From an uncultured bacterium (GTDB taxonomy: Bacteria > Omnitrophota > Omnitrophia > Omnitrophales > Abzuiibacteriaceae), in NCBI GenBank assembly GCA_964387845.1, contig CAYLXA010000007.1, positions 50,481 through 114,480 on the forward strand: a DNA stretch of 64,000 nucleotides. Direction: 5' to 3'. Below are positions 9,185 through 18,711 of this stretch, one piece after another; position 1 is the stretch's first letter; each line of letters starts with the position of its first letter. Below the pieces are notes generated by a model. The model worked only from the letters and a program-made list of their open reading frames with translations, was not told the origin of the DNA and searched no databases. The position numbers and the translations under genes were made by a program.

Positions 9185-9730
9185 TTATTGAACTGTCTGC
9201 TCCGTAAACGCGAGCATGCGGTCGGCCTTCTCGATCTCGCGGCGGCACTCTTCAATTTCTTCCTGGGCTTTTAGCGATTGGCGTGCGAACTTCCGGTGTT
9301 CCTCAAGCGCCTCCGCTTCAACCGCGCGCGCCGCTCTCAATTTTTCGTGGAGATCTAAAATAATATCAGCATCACGCTCATTACTGCGTTCCATGCGGCT
9401 CTGCTCGATAAAAAGCTGCCAGGCTTCCTGCTTGCGCTGTTCGTAAACTATTCTTGAATCCTCAACCCGGCTGCTTAATTTCTTGATTTTGGCATTTAAT
9501 GTTTCTATTTTATTTTCACAAAAACGCTTCATCTGTTTTGCCGACAAAATTCCCGGGCCGGATTCTATTTTGCTGCCTTTCTGATCTTTCTTGAAAATGC
9601 TTTTAATTCGATGCGCAATCGACTCCTGCTTCTCGCCTGCATTCGCCGCAAAAATAATTTGCCGGCCGGGTAAACATAGTAAAACAAAAAGAAGAATTCG
9701 AATGAAGAGCTGCGCCAACCGAAGAGACAT
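9185..9730 (-). CDS. Hypothetical secreted coiled-coil protein
   Basis: 181 aa; N-terminal signal-like hydrophobic segment, charged coiled-coil remainder. Confidence 0.45.
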   Translation of the reverse strand: MSLRLAQLFIRILLFVLLCLPGRQIIFAANAGEKQESIAHRIKSIFKKDQKGSKIESGPGILSAKQMKRFCENKIETLNAKIKKLSSRVEDSRIVYEQRKQEAWQLFIEQSRMERSNERDADIILDLHEKLRAARAVEAEALEEHRKFARQSLKAQEEIEECRREIEKADRMLAFTEQTVQ

Positions 9731-9732
9731 GA

Positions 9733-10137
9733 TTACAAGCTTTCCGAAAGTTTAATGATTTCGCCGCGAACCTGATCATTCATGGGCATCACAGACAATC
9801 TGGACATGCGGACAAGCTCCCAATTTTTCATCTTAGAATTTTGCTTGATTGCCTGCAATGAAACCGGCTGCTTCAACATTTTGTTAACCGCAATATCAAT
9901 AACGGCTAGCTTGGTGTTTTTCTGATCCGGATAAGAATCGCTCACGGCTTTTGCGATTCCGACAATCGATTTTTCATCGCCGGAGTGATAGATAAAAATT
10001 TCATCTCCCTTTTGGATGGAGCGTAAATGCTTCAAGGCGAGATTATTTGCAACACCGTCCCAGGTCGTTTGCCGGTCTTTCACAAGATCCTGCCAGGAAT
10101 AAGTCTCGGGATCCGATTTAAAAAGCCAGCTGCTCAT
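9733..10137 (-). CDS. EVE (PUA-like) domain protein
   Basis: Likely start MSSWLFKSDPETYSWQDL... (ATGA overlap with upstream gene stop at 10134-10137); EVE/DUF55 fold signature. Confidence 0.6.
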   Translation of the reverse strand: MSSWLFKSDPETYSWQDLVKDRQTTWDGVANNLALKHLRSIQKGDEIFIYHSGDEKSIVGIAKAVSDSYPDQKNTKLAVIDIAVNKMLKQPVSLQAIKQNSKMKNWELVRMSRLSVMPMNDQVRGEIIKLSESL

Positions 10138-10586
10138 GGCTTTTCTTTTTGTGCCGCCTTTGGAGTGATGCGCGGAAGGATTTCGGTAGGTTCGGCGACC
10201 GCTTCTTCCCATTTCAAAAGCCGGTCGCCTTTAAAATAAAGGCGGTAAGTTTCCTTGCCCGTATCGCTCGGCGGAAAGAAAAACGCAGCACCCAAACTTC
10301 CGATGATTCCGACTGTCCGGTCAAGCGACTTTAGAAAGCGGTCATATTGGCCTTTGTATGGAAAAAGGCGGTAATCCCAAACTTCCGTGATTTTCGAATT
10401 CGGGTCTTCTGATTCGTAATAAAGTTCGTAGGATTTACCCAGAGCCTTTAACACATCTTGCTTGGTAGAATCTTCCGGGAGGCTGTCGATTTTCCGGCTT
10501 GTTGAAACACAGCCTGCTAAAACCGAAACGCACAACACAAAACTCAAGATTCGAAATGTTGGATGCATGAGTTGCATGATAATCAA
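10134..10586 (-). CDS. Hypothetical lipoprotein
   Basis: 150 aa; signal peptide with lipobox LAGC. Confidence 0.5.
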   Translation of the reverse strand: MIIMQLMHPTFRILSFVLCVSVLAGCVSTSRKIDSLPEDSTKQDVLKALGKSYELYYESEDPNSKITEVWDYRLFPYKGQYDRFLKSLDRTVGIIGSLGAAFFFPPSDTGKETYRLYFKGDRLLKWEEAVAEPTEILPRITPKAAQKEKP

Positions 10587-10612
10587 TCCCAGCTTGAATG
10601 TCCAGAATCAGC

Positions 10613-11932
10613 TTACAGCAAAGTTCCGCGCAAAAGAAGTGCCGCAACGCTAAAGTAAATAACAATGCCGAAAACGTCTACCAGCGTCGCCACAAACGGC
10701 GCGGATGCGCTTGCGGGATCAAAATTGAGCCGTCTTAATATAAAAGGAAGCATGGAACCGACGACGGTTCCCCACATTACAACACCGATCAGGCTGATTG
10801 AAACGACAGATGCGATCAAAAGGTATTGCTCACCATAGACATGAAAAATCGCTTCCCAGGCAACGATTCTGATGAATCCAATCACCGCTAAAAGAGCACC
10901 GAGGCCGAGGCCCATGCCGAATTCACGGTAAATAATGCGCCACCAATCTTTCAAATGAACTTCGCCGAGCGCCATCGCGCGGATGATCAAAGTTGTGGCC
11001 TGTGAGCCTGAATTTCCACCGCTTGAAATAATGAGCGGAACAAACAGCATTAAAATCACAGCTTTCGCAATCTCCGCTTCATAATGCGCCATGACACTCG
11101 CCGTCAACATTTCGCCCACAAATAAAATCGCAAGCCAAACCGAACGTTTTTTGAGCATCGTAAAGAAATTGATTTGCAGGTACGGCTTTTGCAGCGCTTC
11201 CATACCGCCCAACTTTTGGATATCTTCGGTGGCTTCGGTCTGAACGGCATGCAGCACGTCATCGGCGGTGATAATGCCTTTGATCCTGCTCTCTTTATCC
11301 ACCACCGGCAGTGCCAGAAATTTATATTGCGCAAAAAGGCGGCCCACATGTTCCCGGTCTTCTTCTTCCGAAACAGTCACCATGTCTGCCTTCATGATCT
11401 CGGAAACCTTTTTGTCATGAGGTGCCCGGAAAAGATCATGAAAAGAGATAACGCCCAAAAGATGCTGTGCATCGTCACACACAAAAACGTAATAAATACC
11501 TTCCGGGCGTTCCTGGGCTTGCAGTCTGAGATAACGGATCGCTTCATCGACTGTGACTTCCGGCCGGATGCGGGCAAACCGGGGGTTCATGAGGCCGCCC
11601 GCAACATCGTGTTTATAGGAAAGTAAGGCTTTCACTTCCGTTTGCGTCCGTTCGTCTAAAAGCTCGAGCAGCATCATGTTCATCGGCTCGGGCGCTTCTT
11701 GAATCAGGTCCGCGGCATCATCCGGTGGCAGAAGACGCATCCAAAGCCTTCGTTCACCTTCTTTTAAATCCATGATAATAGCCATTCGAGCTCGGACTGA
11801 AAGTGTGAGGAAAAATTCTTGCGCTGATTCACGATCTAGCATACAGAATGCTTCTGTGCGTTCGTCACGCGAAAGCACATCCCACATTTGCCGGATTTCT
11901 TCAAGTGTCAGCAGATCTTCAGCAGTCGCCAT
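10613..11932 (-). CDS. mgtE: Magnesium transporter MgtE
   Basis: 439 aa; MgtE N domain, tandem CBS, C-terminal MgtE TM domain. Confidence 0.85.
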   Translation of the reverse strand: MATAEDLLTLEEIRQMWDVLSRDERTEAFCMLDRESAQEFFLTLSVRARMAIIMDLKEGERRLWMRLLPPDDAADLIQEAPEPMNMMLLELLDERTQTEVKALLSYKHDVAGGLMNPRFARIRPEVTVDEAIRYLRLQAQERPEGIYYVFVCDDAQHLLGVISFHDLFRAPHDKKVSEIMKADMVTVSEEEDREHVGRLFAQYKFLALPVVDKESRIKGIITADDVLHAVQTEATEDIQKLGGMEALQKPYLQINFFTMLKKRSVWLAILFVGEMLTASVMAHYEAEIAKAVILMLFVPLIISSGGNSGSQATTLIIRAMALGEVHLKDWWRIIYREFGMGLGLGALLAVIGFIRIVAWEAIFHVYGEQYLLIASVVSISLIGVVMWGTVVGSMLPFILRRLNFDPASASAPFVATLVDVFGIVIYFSVAALLLRGTLL

Positions 11933-11987
11933 TAATATTCCAATCCTTCTAATTTGCCGTAAATTCTACGGTAGATCGGTATCTTCA

Positions 11988-13088
11988 TCAACGGATTTTC
12001 ACAACCGCTTGTCCAAGTGCCGGATTTTCAATTAAGTTCTCGTAATGAAAAAAAGCACAGCCGCGGCCGCCTGCGGCGTGGCACAATTCCGTCTGCCTGG
12101 CAAAATCTTGCGGAACATTCAGAAGTTCATAAGCACCGATTCCGATATTAACCTTCCTGAAATCTGTAACGCGCAAGCGCGCATCCTCGATTTGCTTGCG
12201 GAACGCCTCCGGCTCGCGCTTGTAACTCATGATCGTCACAAAATCAATGAGCCCGCTTTCAATCCAATGCGGCCAATCCTGGAAAGCTTCATGATACGCG
12301 CGAATATAAGACATGCAACCTGTTGTGGATACTTGAATGCCCGGACGGATGGAGCGGGCTTTTTGAATTAATTCCGTAAGCAATTCCGTTACTTGTGTGC
12401 GCTTCCAGTTTTGCCAAGTCTCGCTTTTCTCCTCAATCACTTGAATGCCCGTTGCCTTCTTGAACCGTTCAACATTAACTTTTGTAAATCCATAATGCGG
12501 ATTTTGATCCGGATAGCGGATGTAATCAAATTGAATTCCGTCTAAAGCCGGATAAGTTTGAACTATCTCACCCACGATTTTCACAAGCTCTTCCCTGACT
12601 CTAGGATCGCCGGGTTCTAGAAAATATTGGTTATCGATTTTGTAATCTTGAATGGTTCTTTTGTCCTGAAGATTTTTTGTCAAGACGTCGGGGCCGTATT
12701 TCTGAAGAAGCGGCGCATTTTCATTAGCACTCAGGCTGAGCAGATTCAGCCAAGCATGGACTTCGATTCCTTTTTGATGCGCTTTTTGAATCAAAAGCCG
12801 GAACGGATCTTCGCCGACATTTTTGAAGGCTTGATGATAGAGAGCGGAATCTGCCGCTTCGAACGGAAAATAGGATTTACCCGCACGGTAGATCTGGACA
12901 AAGAGAGTTTTGATTTGTTTTTGCTCGGCAAATTCAACCAATTCGGTGATTTCCCGGGCATCGGAAAGCGGAAAAGGATCTTGGATCATGGATATAAATA
13001 AGCTGCGCTCAACTGATAATTCTGATTTTACGTCAGTGGGAAATATAGAGAGCAAGCATACCAGAATCAGCAATATCCCTTTTTTCAT
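11988..13088 (-). CDS. Secreted GHL10/COG1649-type glycoside-hydrolase-like protein
   Basis: 366 aa; signal peptide; TIM-barrel glycosylhydrolase-like family 10 (YngK-like) pattern. Confidence 0.55.
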   Translation of the reverse strand: MKKGILLILVCLLSIFPTDVKSELSVERSLFISMIQDPFPLSDAREITELVEFAEQKQIKTLFVQIYRAGKSYFPFEAADSALYHQAFKNVGEDPFRLLIQKAHQKGIEVHAWLNLLSLSANENAPLLQKYGPDVLTKNLQDKRTIQDYKIDNQYFLEPGDPRVREELVKIVGEIVQTYPALDGIQFDYIRYPDQNPHYGFTKVNVERFKKATGIQVIEEKSETWQNWKRTQVTELLTELIQKARSIRPGIQVSTTGCMSYIRAYHEAFQDWPHWIESGLIDFVTIMSYKREPEAFRKQIEDARLRVTDFRKVNIGIGAYELLNVPQDFARQTELCHAAGGRGCAFFHYENLIENPALGQAVVKIR

Positions 13089-13098
13089 AGTAATCTAA

Positions 13099-13677
13099 TT
13101 ATCGGATGGATTTTACGTCTCTGTAACGGAAGCAATCCGTTAAATGGTCGTTCACCATTCCCGCCGCTTGCATGTAAGCGTAGCAAATGGTAGAGCCCAC
13201 GAAGGTAAAGCCGCGCTTTTTGAGGTCAATGCTCATCGCGTCGGATTCTTTGGTTTTGGCAGGAACTTGCTTGAAGGATTTCCAGCGGTTTTGCAGTGTT
13301 TTGTAATTCGTAAAGCGCCAGATATATTTATCAAAAGAACCGAATTCTTTTTGGACTTCTAGAAATGCTTTGGCATTTTTAACAGAGCCCCAGATTTTCA
13401 GCCGGTTGCGGATGATTCCTTCGTTTTTCATCAAAGCTTGAAGCTTTTGATTCTTAAATTTCGCAATGGCTTGAGGATTGAAATTGCTAAACGCTTTCCT
13501 GAAATTCTCGCGCTTGTGCAAAATCGTCCGCCACGAGAGCCCCGCCTGAAACGCATCCAAAATCAGAAATTCAAAGTGTTTTCGGTCATCATGCACCTGG
13601 TTTCCCCACTCTTGGTCGTGATAGTCGATCATTAATTGATCATCTGACGGCCACGGACAACGTTGGACTGTGTTCAT
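13099..13677 (-). CDS. tag: DNA-3-methyladenine glycosylase I
   Basis: 192 aa; N-terminal CPWPSDDQLMIDYHDQEWG Tag signature. Confidence 0.85.
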   Translation of the reverse strand: MNTVQRCPWPSDDQLMIDYHDQEWGNQVHDDRKHFEFLILDAFQAGLSWRTILHKRENFRKAFSNFNPQAIAKFKNQKLQALMKNEGIIRNRLKIWGSVKNAKAFLEVQKEFGSFDKYIWRFTNYKTLQNRWKSFKQVPAKTKESDAMSIDLKKRGFTFVGSTICYAYMQAAGMVNDHLTDCFRYRDVKSIR

Positions 13678-13679
13678 TA

Positions 13680-15335
13680 TTATTTTCCTAAAATTTTCCG
13701 GCTTTTCTCAATCGCATCTTCAATTGTATCAAAGAAATTTTCCGAGCCAATCAAATTATAAAGTTCGCTGGCTTTCAAAGCCTCAAGTGGCTGCTTTTGA
13801 ATGCCGGCGATCATCAAATGAATATGGCTTGCGTGCGACTTTCTGACAAATTCTTTAAGAGCACGGACACCGGTAGAATCCATGACAGGCACATGGCGGA
13901 GTCTCAGGATTCTAACTTTCGGCGGCTTGGAAACCACGCGCGCCGCTTCTTCAAATTCATGCGCCACCCCAAAAAAGAATGGCCCGTTAATTTCATAAAC
14001 ATCCACATCTTTCGGCACTTTGACGTGGTCGATATCGCTAGCATCATCTTCCGGAATTTCTTCATCTTCATCCACCAGGCGGATTTTCGTCACTTTGCTC
14101 ATCCGGTGCATAAATAAAAATAGGGACAAAATCATGCCGACTTCAATCGCGACGGTGAGATCAAATATCACCGTGATCAAGAAGGTAATAACAAGCACGG
14201 CAGCACTGCCGCGGAGACCCTTGAGGTCCGCGCGAAAAGAGCGCCACTCGCTCATATTATAAGCCACTACCGTCAGGATCCCGGCCAAACATGCCAGCGG
14301 GATCAATTTTGCCCATTGGCCAAAGAAAAGCACGATCGCCAAAAGCGTAACGGCATGCACAATGCCGGCAACCGGCGTTCTTCCCCCATTCTTGATGTTG
14401 GTTACAGTACGTGCAATTGCGCCTGTGGCCGGAATGCCGCCAAAAAGCGCGGAACCCAAATTGGCAGTTCCCTGCGCGATTAACTCCATATTGGAACGAT
14501 GCTTTCCGCCGATCATGCCGTCTGAAACCACCGCCGAAAGAAGCGATTCGATAGCACCCAAAAGTGCAATGGTAATCGCGGGCTGAATTAAGGCCTGGAT
14601 ATTTGCAAAATGAAATTCGGGAAAAGACGGCGCAGGAAGCGAGCGCGGCAGATTGCCAAATTTGCTGCCGATGGTTTCCACCGGCCAATGAAAATACTGA
14701 ACGGCCAAAACCGACAAAATCAGCGCGATGACCGAACCTGGTACTTTGCGTGAAATTCTAGGCCAAACCGCAATTAATAAAACGGTTCCAAGTGCGATTG
14801 CGAAGGCGTAAGGATTGAAAGTGTGCAGATTTTCAAAAATGACTTTCCATTTATCCAGAAAATCCGCCGGGACTTTGTCGATTGAAAGCCCGAGAAAATC
14901 TTTCACCTCGGATGAGAAAATCACCACCGCGATTCCGCTCGTAAAACCTACAATGACAGGATGCGGGATTAGCTTGATGGCATTGCCAAGTTTCGCGATG
15001 CCCATTGCGATCAATAAAATCCCGGCCAAAAATGTTGCAATAATAAGCCCGTCAATCCCGTGCTGCTCGACAATGCCGTAAACAATCACGACAAAGGCAC
15101 CCGTCGGCCCGCCGATTTGCACGCGGCTGCCGCCCAATGCGGAAATAATGAATCCTGCCACCACTGCGGTAACAATGCCCTTCTCCGGCGAAACACCGGA
15201 CGCAATGGCAAACGCAATCGCAAGCGGCAGCGCCACAATGCCCACAATGACGCCGGCCATCAGATCTTGGCCGAATTGTCTGTGCGAATAATCTTTTAAC
15301 GTTGTAAAGAGTTTTGGGTATAGCATTAAAATCAC
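13680..15335 (-). CDS. SulP-family anion (sulfate) permease with C-terminal STAS domain
   Basis: 551 aa; Sulfate_transp TM core plus STAS. Confidence 0.85.
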   Translation of the reverse strand: MILMLYPKLFTTLKDYSHRQFGQDLMAGVIVGIVALPLAIAFAIASGVSPEKGIVTAVVAGFIISALGGSRVQIGGPTGAFVVIVYGIVEQHGIDGLIIATFLAGILLIAMGIAKLGNAIKLIPHPVIVGFTSGIAVVIFSSEVKDFLGLSIDKVPADFLDKWKVIFENLHTFNPYAFAIALGTVLLIAVWPRISRKVPGSVIALILSVLAVQYFHWPVETIGSKFGNLPRSLPAPSFPEFHFANIQALIQPAITIALLGAIESLLSAVVSDGMIGGKHRSNMELIAQGTANLGSALFGGIPATGAIARTVTNIKNGGRTPVAGIVHAVTLLAIVLFFGQWAKLIPLACLAGILTVVAYNMSEWRSFRADLKGLRGSAAVLVITFLITVIFDLTVAIEVGMILSLFLFMHRMSKVTKIRLVDEDEEIPEDDASDIDHVKVPKDVDVYEINGPFFFGVAHEFEEAARVVSKPPKVRILRLRHVPVMDSTGVRALKEFVRKSHASHIHLMIAGIQKQPLEALKASELYNLIGSENFFDTIEDAIEKSRKILGK

Positions 15336-15485
15336 TACCGATAGGGTTAGTCAGAAATTGGCAAACGCCGCTTTATTAGACCATTCGGTAGGGTGAAATG
15401 CAATAGCGGAGAATGGAGATTTGATTCAGCGCGGCACTGTCAGTAACGCCTCTGGATTATGTAATGTTTTTGTCTGCCGATTTTT

Positions 15486-16151
15486 TCATTTGAATCTTGC
15501 CTGCTTGATCCGGTCCAAACTTTCGTTTTTGTGCATGCGCTCATCCAGGCCGATATTCCGGAACAAATCGGCCAGCGAATTAAAAGAGCCGTAATCGTTT
15601 CGAAAATTGCTTTCAAACGGCTCTGTTTCAAATTGAGGACTTTGCTTCACAAATTCCATATATTCATGCTCGGCGTGGTCTTCAAAATCCGCGTTGAGCA
15701 AATAACTCCAATCTGGCTTTATCACATACAAAAGCCAGCTCACATGGTAATACAAAAATGCCACAAATTGCGGAAGGATCCGGTAGAGAAAAAAGTTTTC
15801 CTGGATTGCTTTTTTCTGTGTGAGCTCCTCTAAAATCAAAAGGTGCCATTGTTCGTTGTCTTGCTGCGCGCGCGATTCGCGCACAAATTCAAATATTCGC
15901 CGCGCGAAATGAGGTTCAGCGTAAGTGTGCGTCATCGCAATGTAGGCCACATGCTCCCACGATTGATACGGCACGCGTGCAATGACTTCGAGCACTTTGA
16001 ATTTCGAGAAGGTCCTCGACTTGCCGTAGACAAGATCCATAAAGGCAAACAGCGCTTTTCCGAACAAGCCATAGCGGCGCCTCGGAGAATTCAGGGTCTT
16101 TTGCTGTTCGGTTTTGAGGTCTGTGGAATTGACCGCGGATTTCATAGCCAT
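15486..16151 (-). CDS. Alternative oxidase (AOX/PTOX)-like di-iron carboxylate protein
   Basis: 221 aa; four-helix E / ExxH / E / ExxH pattern: LEVIARVPY, NEQWHL, EDHAEHEY, DERMH (cf. AOX LET, NERMHL, LEEEA, RADE..H). Confidence 0.6.
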   Translation of the reverse strand: MAMKSAVNSTDLKTEQQKTLNSPRRRYGLFGKALFAFMDLVYGKSRTFSKFKVLEVIARVPYQSWEHVAYIAMTHTYAEPHFARRIFEFVRESRAQQDNEQWHLLILEELTQKKAIQENFFLYRILPQFVAFLYYHVSWLLYVIKPDWSYLLNADFEDHAEHEYMEFVKQSPQFETEPFESNFRNDYGSFNSLADLFRNIGLDERMHKNESLDRIKQARFK

Positions 16152-16172
16152 TATTTTACGCTTAATGATTGA

Positions 16173-18542
16173 TTATTTCTCAGGGATTATTGAAACATTG
16201 TCATACGCCGTATTGGCACGATAACTCTTAAAACCAACACGCCCTGATTGAAATGTGTCATCCTTGACTTTAATTTTATGCCTATCGTTGAGGTAAACCT
16301 GAATTTTTCTTTCGTTGACCGCCACTCTCAATTGATACTTCCTTCCGATTTCAATCAAATTTTCACGTTCCGCCAAATCGACCACTACCCCTTGATGTTT
16401 CTTTTGCAATCGAATTTTATTCTTAGAAGCATCCAAAAGGACTGCATAATAATTATCCGGATCTTGATATCGGAAAAGCAGGCCCGCAACATTGCTTCCA
16501 ACCATAGCTTCATTGCCCAGCTGCACATCAGCTTGAAAAACGTAATTATCCCAATCTTGACGCTCCGACAACGCAATCGCATCCAAGAAATCAATATTCT
16601 TAGCCTTGTAATTAATTTTAAATTGCCTTTCCACCGGCAAGCCAAAACTATACAAGTTTGCATGATGGGCAGAATCGGCAGATCCTTGCCAATATGCGTT
16701 TCTTAAATCCCAATGATACGAATCTTTTCTGACGGCATGCACTTCCATCCGATCCTGATAAATTTCGACGTAATGGTATTCTCCCATATTATTAAAACCA
16801 GTCGTATGAACATAGTAAATGCTATCCAGCTTGCTTAAACCGCTGATATGAGAATGCCCCGCAAATTCCGCGACAACACGCCTGCTAGCCTCCAAAATAT
16901 CTTTAACATCGTTCGAATTCCCGCCTCCCCACCAATAACCATAAGCGTCCCCATCATCACGGACAGCAGCATGCCCGTAATGACAAAACAAAAACGCTTT
17001 CTTGGTTGGATGCGCTGCTAATTCATTTTTTAACCATACTAAATAATTTGAAAAGTCGGAACCGTTTTGCTTTCCCTTAAACATAGTAGCACCGTCTTCG
17101 GCAAGAAATAAAAAATCGCCGAACGTCCAACTATAGGAAAGCTTGTTAGGGCCAAATACTTCTGACCAAAAATGGCCCCTCGGGAATCCCAGCCGAAGAT
17201 CTTCTCCCCAATCGTGATTGCCTAAAACCGGATAATAAGGAACCGAGAGTTGATCCAAAACATTCTTGACGGATTCTAATTCCGACAAAGTACCGTTGTC
17301 CGTCAAATCACCGGTAATTACCACAAAACTTGGCAGCGGAAAATCCCGGCTTTGATTAATATCAGCAACAAAACTCTGAAGATCCTTCAAACTATTGTTA
17401 TCAGTATCACGAATATGGGTATCTGATATCACCGCGAATGAAAAAAGAGGTTTTCCCCGAACTTCGATAGGGATAACCGACCGGTGACTTTCTTCATCCA
17501 GCACAACCGTATAAGTTCCCGCTTCGTTCGCATTCATAGAAAAAGCATCCGGAAATAAAAGTTTACAATCTGATGATAACGAACAATCTGTCAAAGAAAT
17601 CGGCCCATGCACTTTACCCGAAGGACTAATTGCAGACACTTGGGCTTCGCTTAAATTTGCCGTCGATGAAAAATGAAGTGTCGAATGTCCGCCGACATAC
17701 AAATGCGACGGCCTTGCTTTGATTGTTGTGATTGAAAGTACGGTAACTTCATCAAACACAGAAACCCCGCCCTGAGAACCAATCCCTATCGAGCCGCTTG
17801 GGTAAGATTGATCATAAACACGTATATCAGGATCTTGATCTTCGGGCTTGTCGAACCACACTTTAATTTCAGGGCCCACCGCTGAAATCGCGACGGTCGA
17901 CAATTTGCCGTGTTCCGGTTTTGGAACTGAAATACTCGCAAGTCTCCGGTCGAATAAACCATTGGTTCGCGCATATAAATCAAGCGCTCCATCATTGCTC
18001 AGCACTAAAGCGTAAGAGTTGTCATTTTTTTTGCCGGTCATCGTTAAACGAAAATAAACAATGGAAGAATTGAATGGATTTTGGTCAATTTTGCTTCCTA
18101 ATTTTACGCGGATTAGATAATCAGATTGGCTAAACTTGCCTTTTTTGTCGGGAAGCATTAAAGCAAGATTGTGTTTTTTATCATCAAAAAAACATTGTCC
18201 GTCTTTCAGATTGAAAGCACCGCGTTTCTTGGTCCATTGTTTTTTCGTATTCTTCGGATTGCTGAAATCATCATGGAATAATTTTTGTTCATTTTCATTT
18301 TGAACATCCCCATGCCCGGCCCGTATTCCAAAGCTTTCTCCAACTTCCCGTTGCTGATACTGCCCATTAACCGCTACCCAAGCTCCGGAAACAGGGCTCC
18401 ATGCGGTTGAATGGTTGGAAAAATCATCTGAAAATGTTGCATTGACATTCGCAGTTTGTAAACAAAAAATACTTATTAACGCCAGTATCGTACGCACATT
18501 GCGCTCCGCCAAACTTTTAATTTTTTGTTTTACTTTCTTCAT
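16173..18542 (-). CDS. Secreted calcineurin-like metallophosphoesterase flanked by two ConA-like/DUF1080 jelly-roll domains (paralog 1)
   Basis: 789 aa; MPP motifs VISDTH, GDLTDNG, LGNHDW, AGHSH; N- and C-terminal LamG/DUF1080-like domains; signal peptide. Confidence 0.7.
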   Translation of the reverse strand: MKKVKQKIKSLAERNVRTILALISIFCLQTANVNATFSDDFSNHSTAWSPVSGAWVAVNGQYQQREVGESFGIRAGHGDVQNENEQKLFHDDFSNPKNTKKQWTKKRGAFNLKDGQCFFDDKKHNLALMLPDKKGKFSQSDYLIRVKLGSKIDQNPFNSSIVYFRLTMTGKKNDNSYALVLSNDGALDLYARTNGLFDRRLASISVPKPEHGKLSTVAISAVGPEIKVWFDKPEDQDPDIRVYDQSYPSGSIGIGSQGGVSVFDEVTVLSITTIKARPSHLYVGGHSTLHFSSTANLSEAQVSAISPSGKVHGPISLTDCSLSSDCKLLFPDAFSMNANEAGTYTVVLDEESHRSVIPIEVRGKPLFSFAVISDTHIRDTDNNSLKDLQSFVADINQSRDFPLPSFVVITGDLTDNGTLSELESVKNVLDQLSVPYYPVLGNHDWGEDLRLGFPRGHFWSEVFGPNKLSYSWTFGDFLFLAEDGATMFKGKQNGSDFSNYLVWLKNELAAHPTKKAFLFCHYGHAAVRDDGDAYGYWWGGGNSNDVKDILEASRRVVAEFAGHSHISGLSKLDSIYYVHTTGFNNMGEYHYVEIYQDRMEVHAVRKDSYHWDLRNAYWQGSADSAHHANLYSFGLPVERQFKINYKAKNIDFLDAIALSERQDWDNYVFQADVQLGNEAMVGSNVAGLLFRYQDPDNYYAVLLDASKNKIRLQKKHQGVVVDLAERENLIEIGRKYQLRVAVNERKIQVYLNDRHKIKVKDDTFQSGRVGFKSYRANTAYDNVSIIPEK

Positions 18543-18633
18543 AAATTTGTTGAGTGCCAGACGAAATTGCTTTGAAGTATCAAATAGAAGAATCTAAAAA
18601 CTAGAGAATGGCTCTCTGCACAGCCAATCGCTA

Positions 18634-18687
18634 CTCCTGGTCAAAATCAAAAGGCGCCACTGTTCGTTTTCCTGCTGCGCGCGCGAT
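18634..18687 (-). pseudogene. Remnant fragment of a second AOX-like gene copy
   Basis: About 50 nt with roughly 90% identity to 15825-15877 inside the AOX gene; reverse translation ..AQQENEQWRLLIL.. matches AOX ..AQQDNEQWHLLIL.. Confidence 0.45.
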
Positions 18688-18711
18688 ATGGCCGCCACCT
18701 TTTAACAGCGC

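Noticed and set aside
11933-11987. M-box (Mg) riboswitch upstream of mgtE
   Set aside because: Intergenic spacer is only 55 nt, far too short.
16248-16706. 152-aa plus-strand ORF inside metallophosphoesterase paralog 1, and similar ORF 18997-19239 in paralog 2
   Set aside because: Antisense shadow ORFs overlapping strongly supported minus-strand genes.
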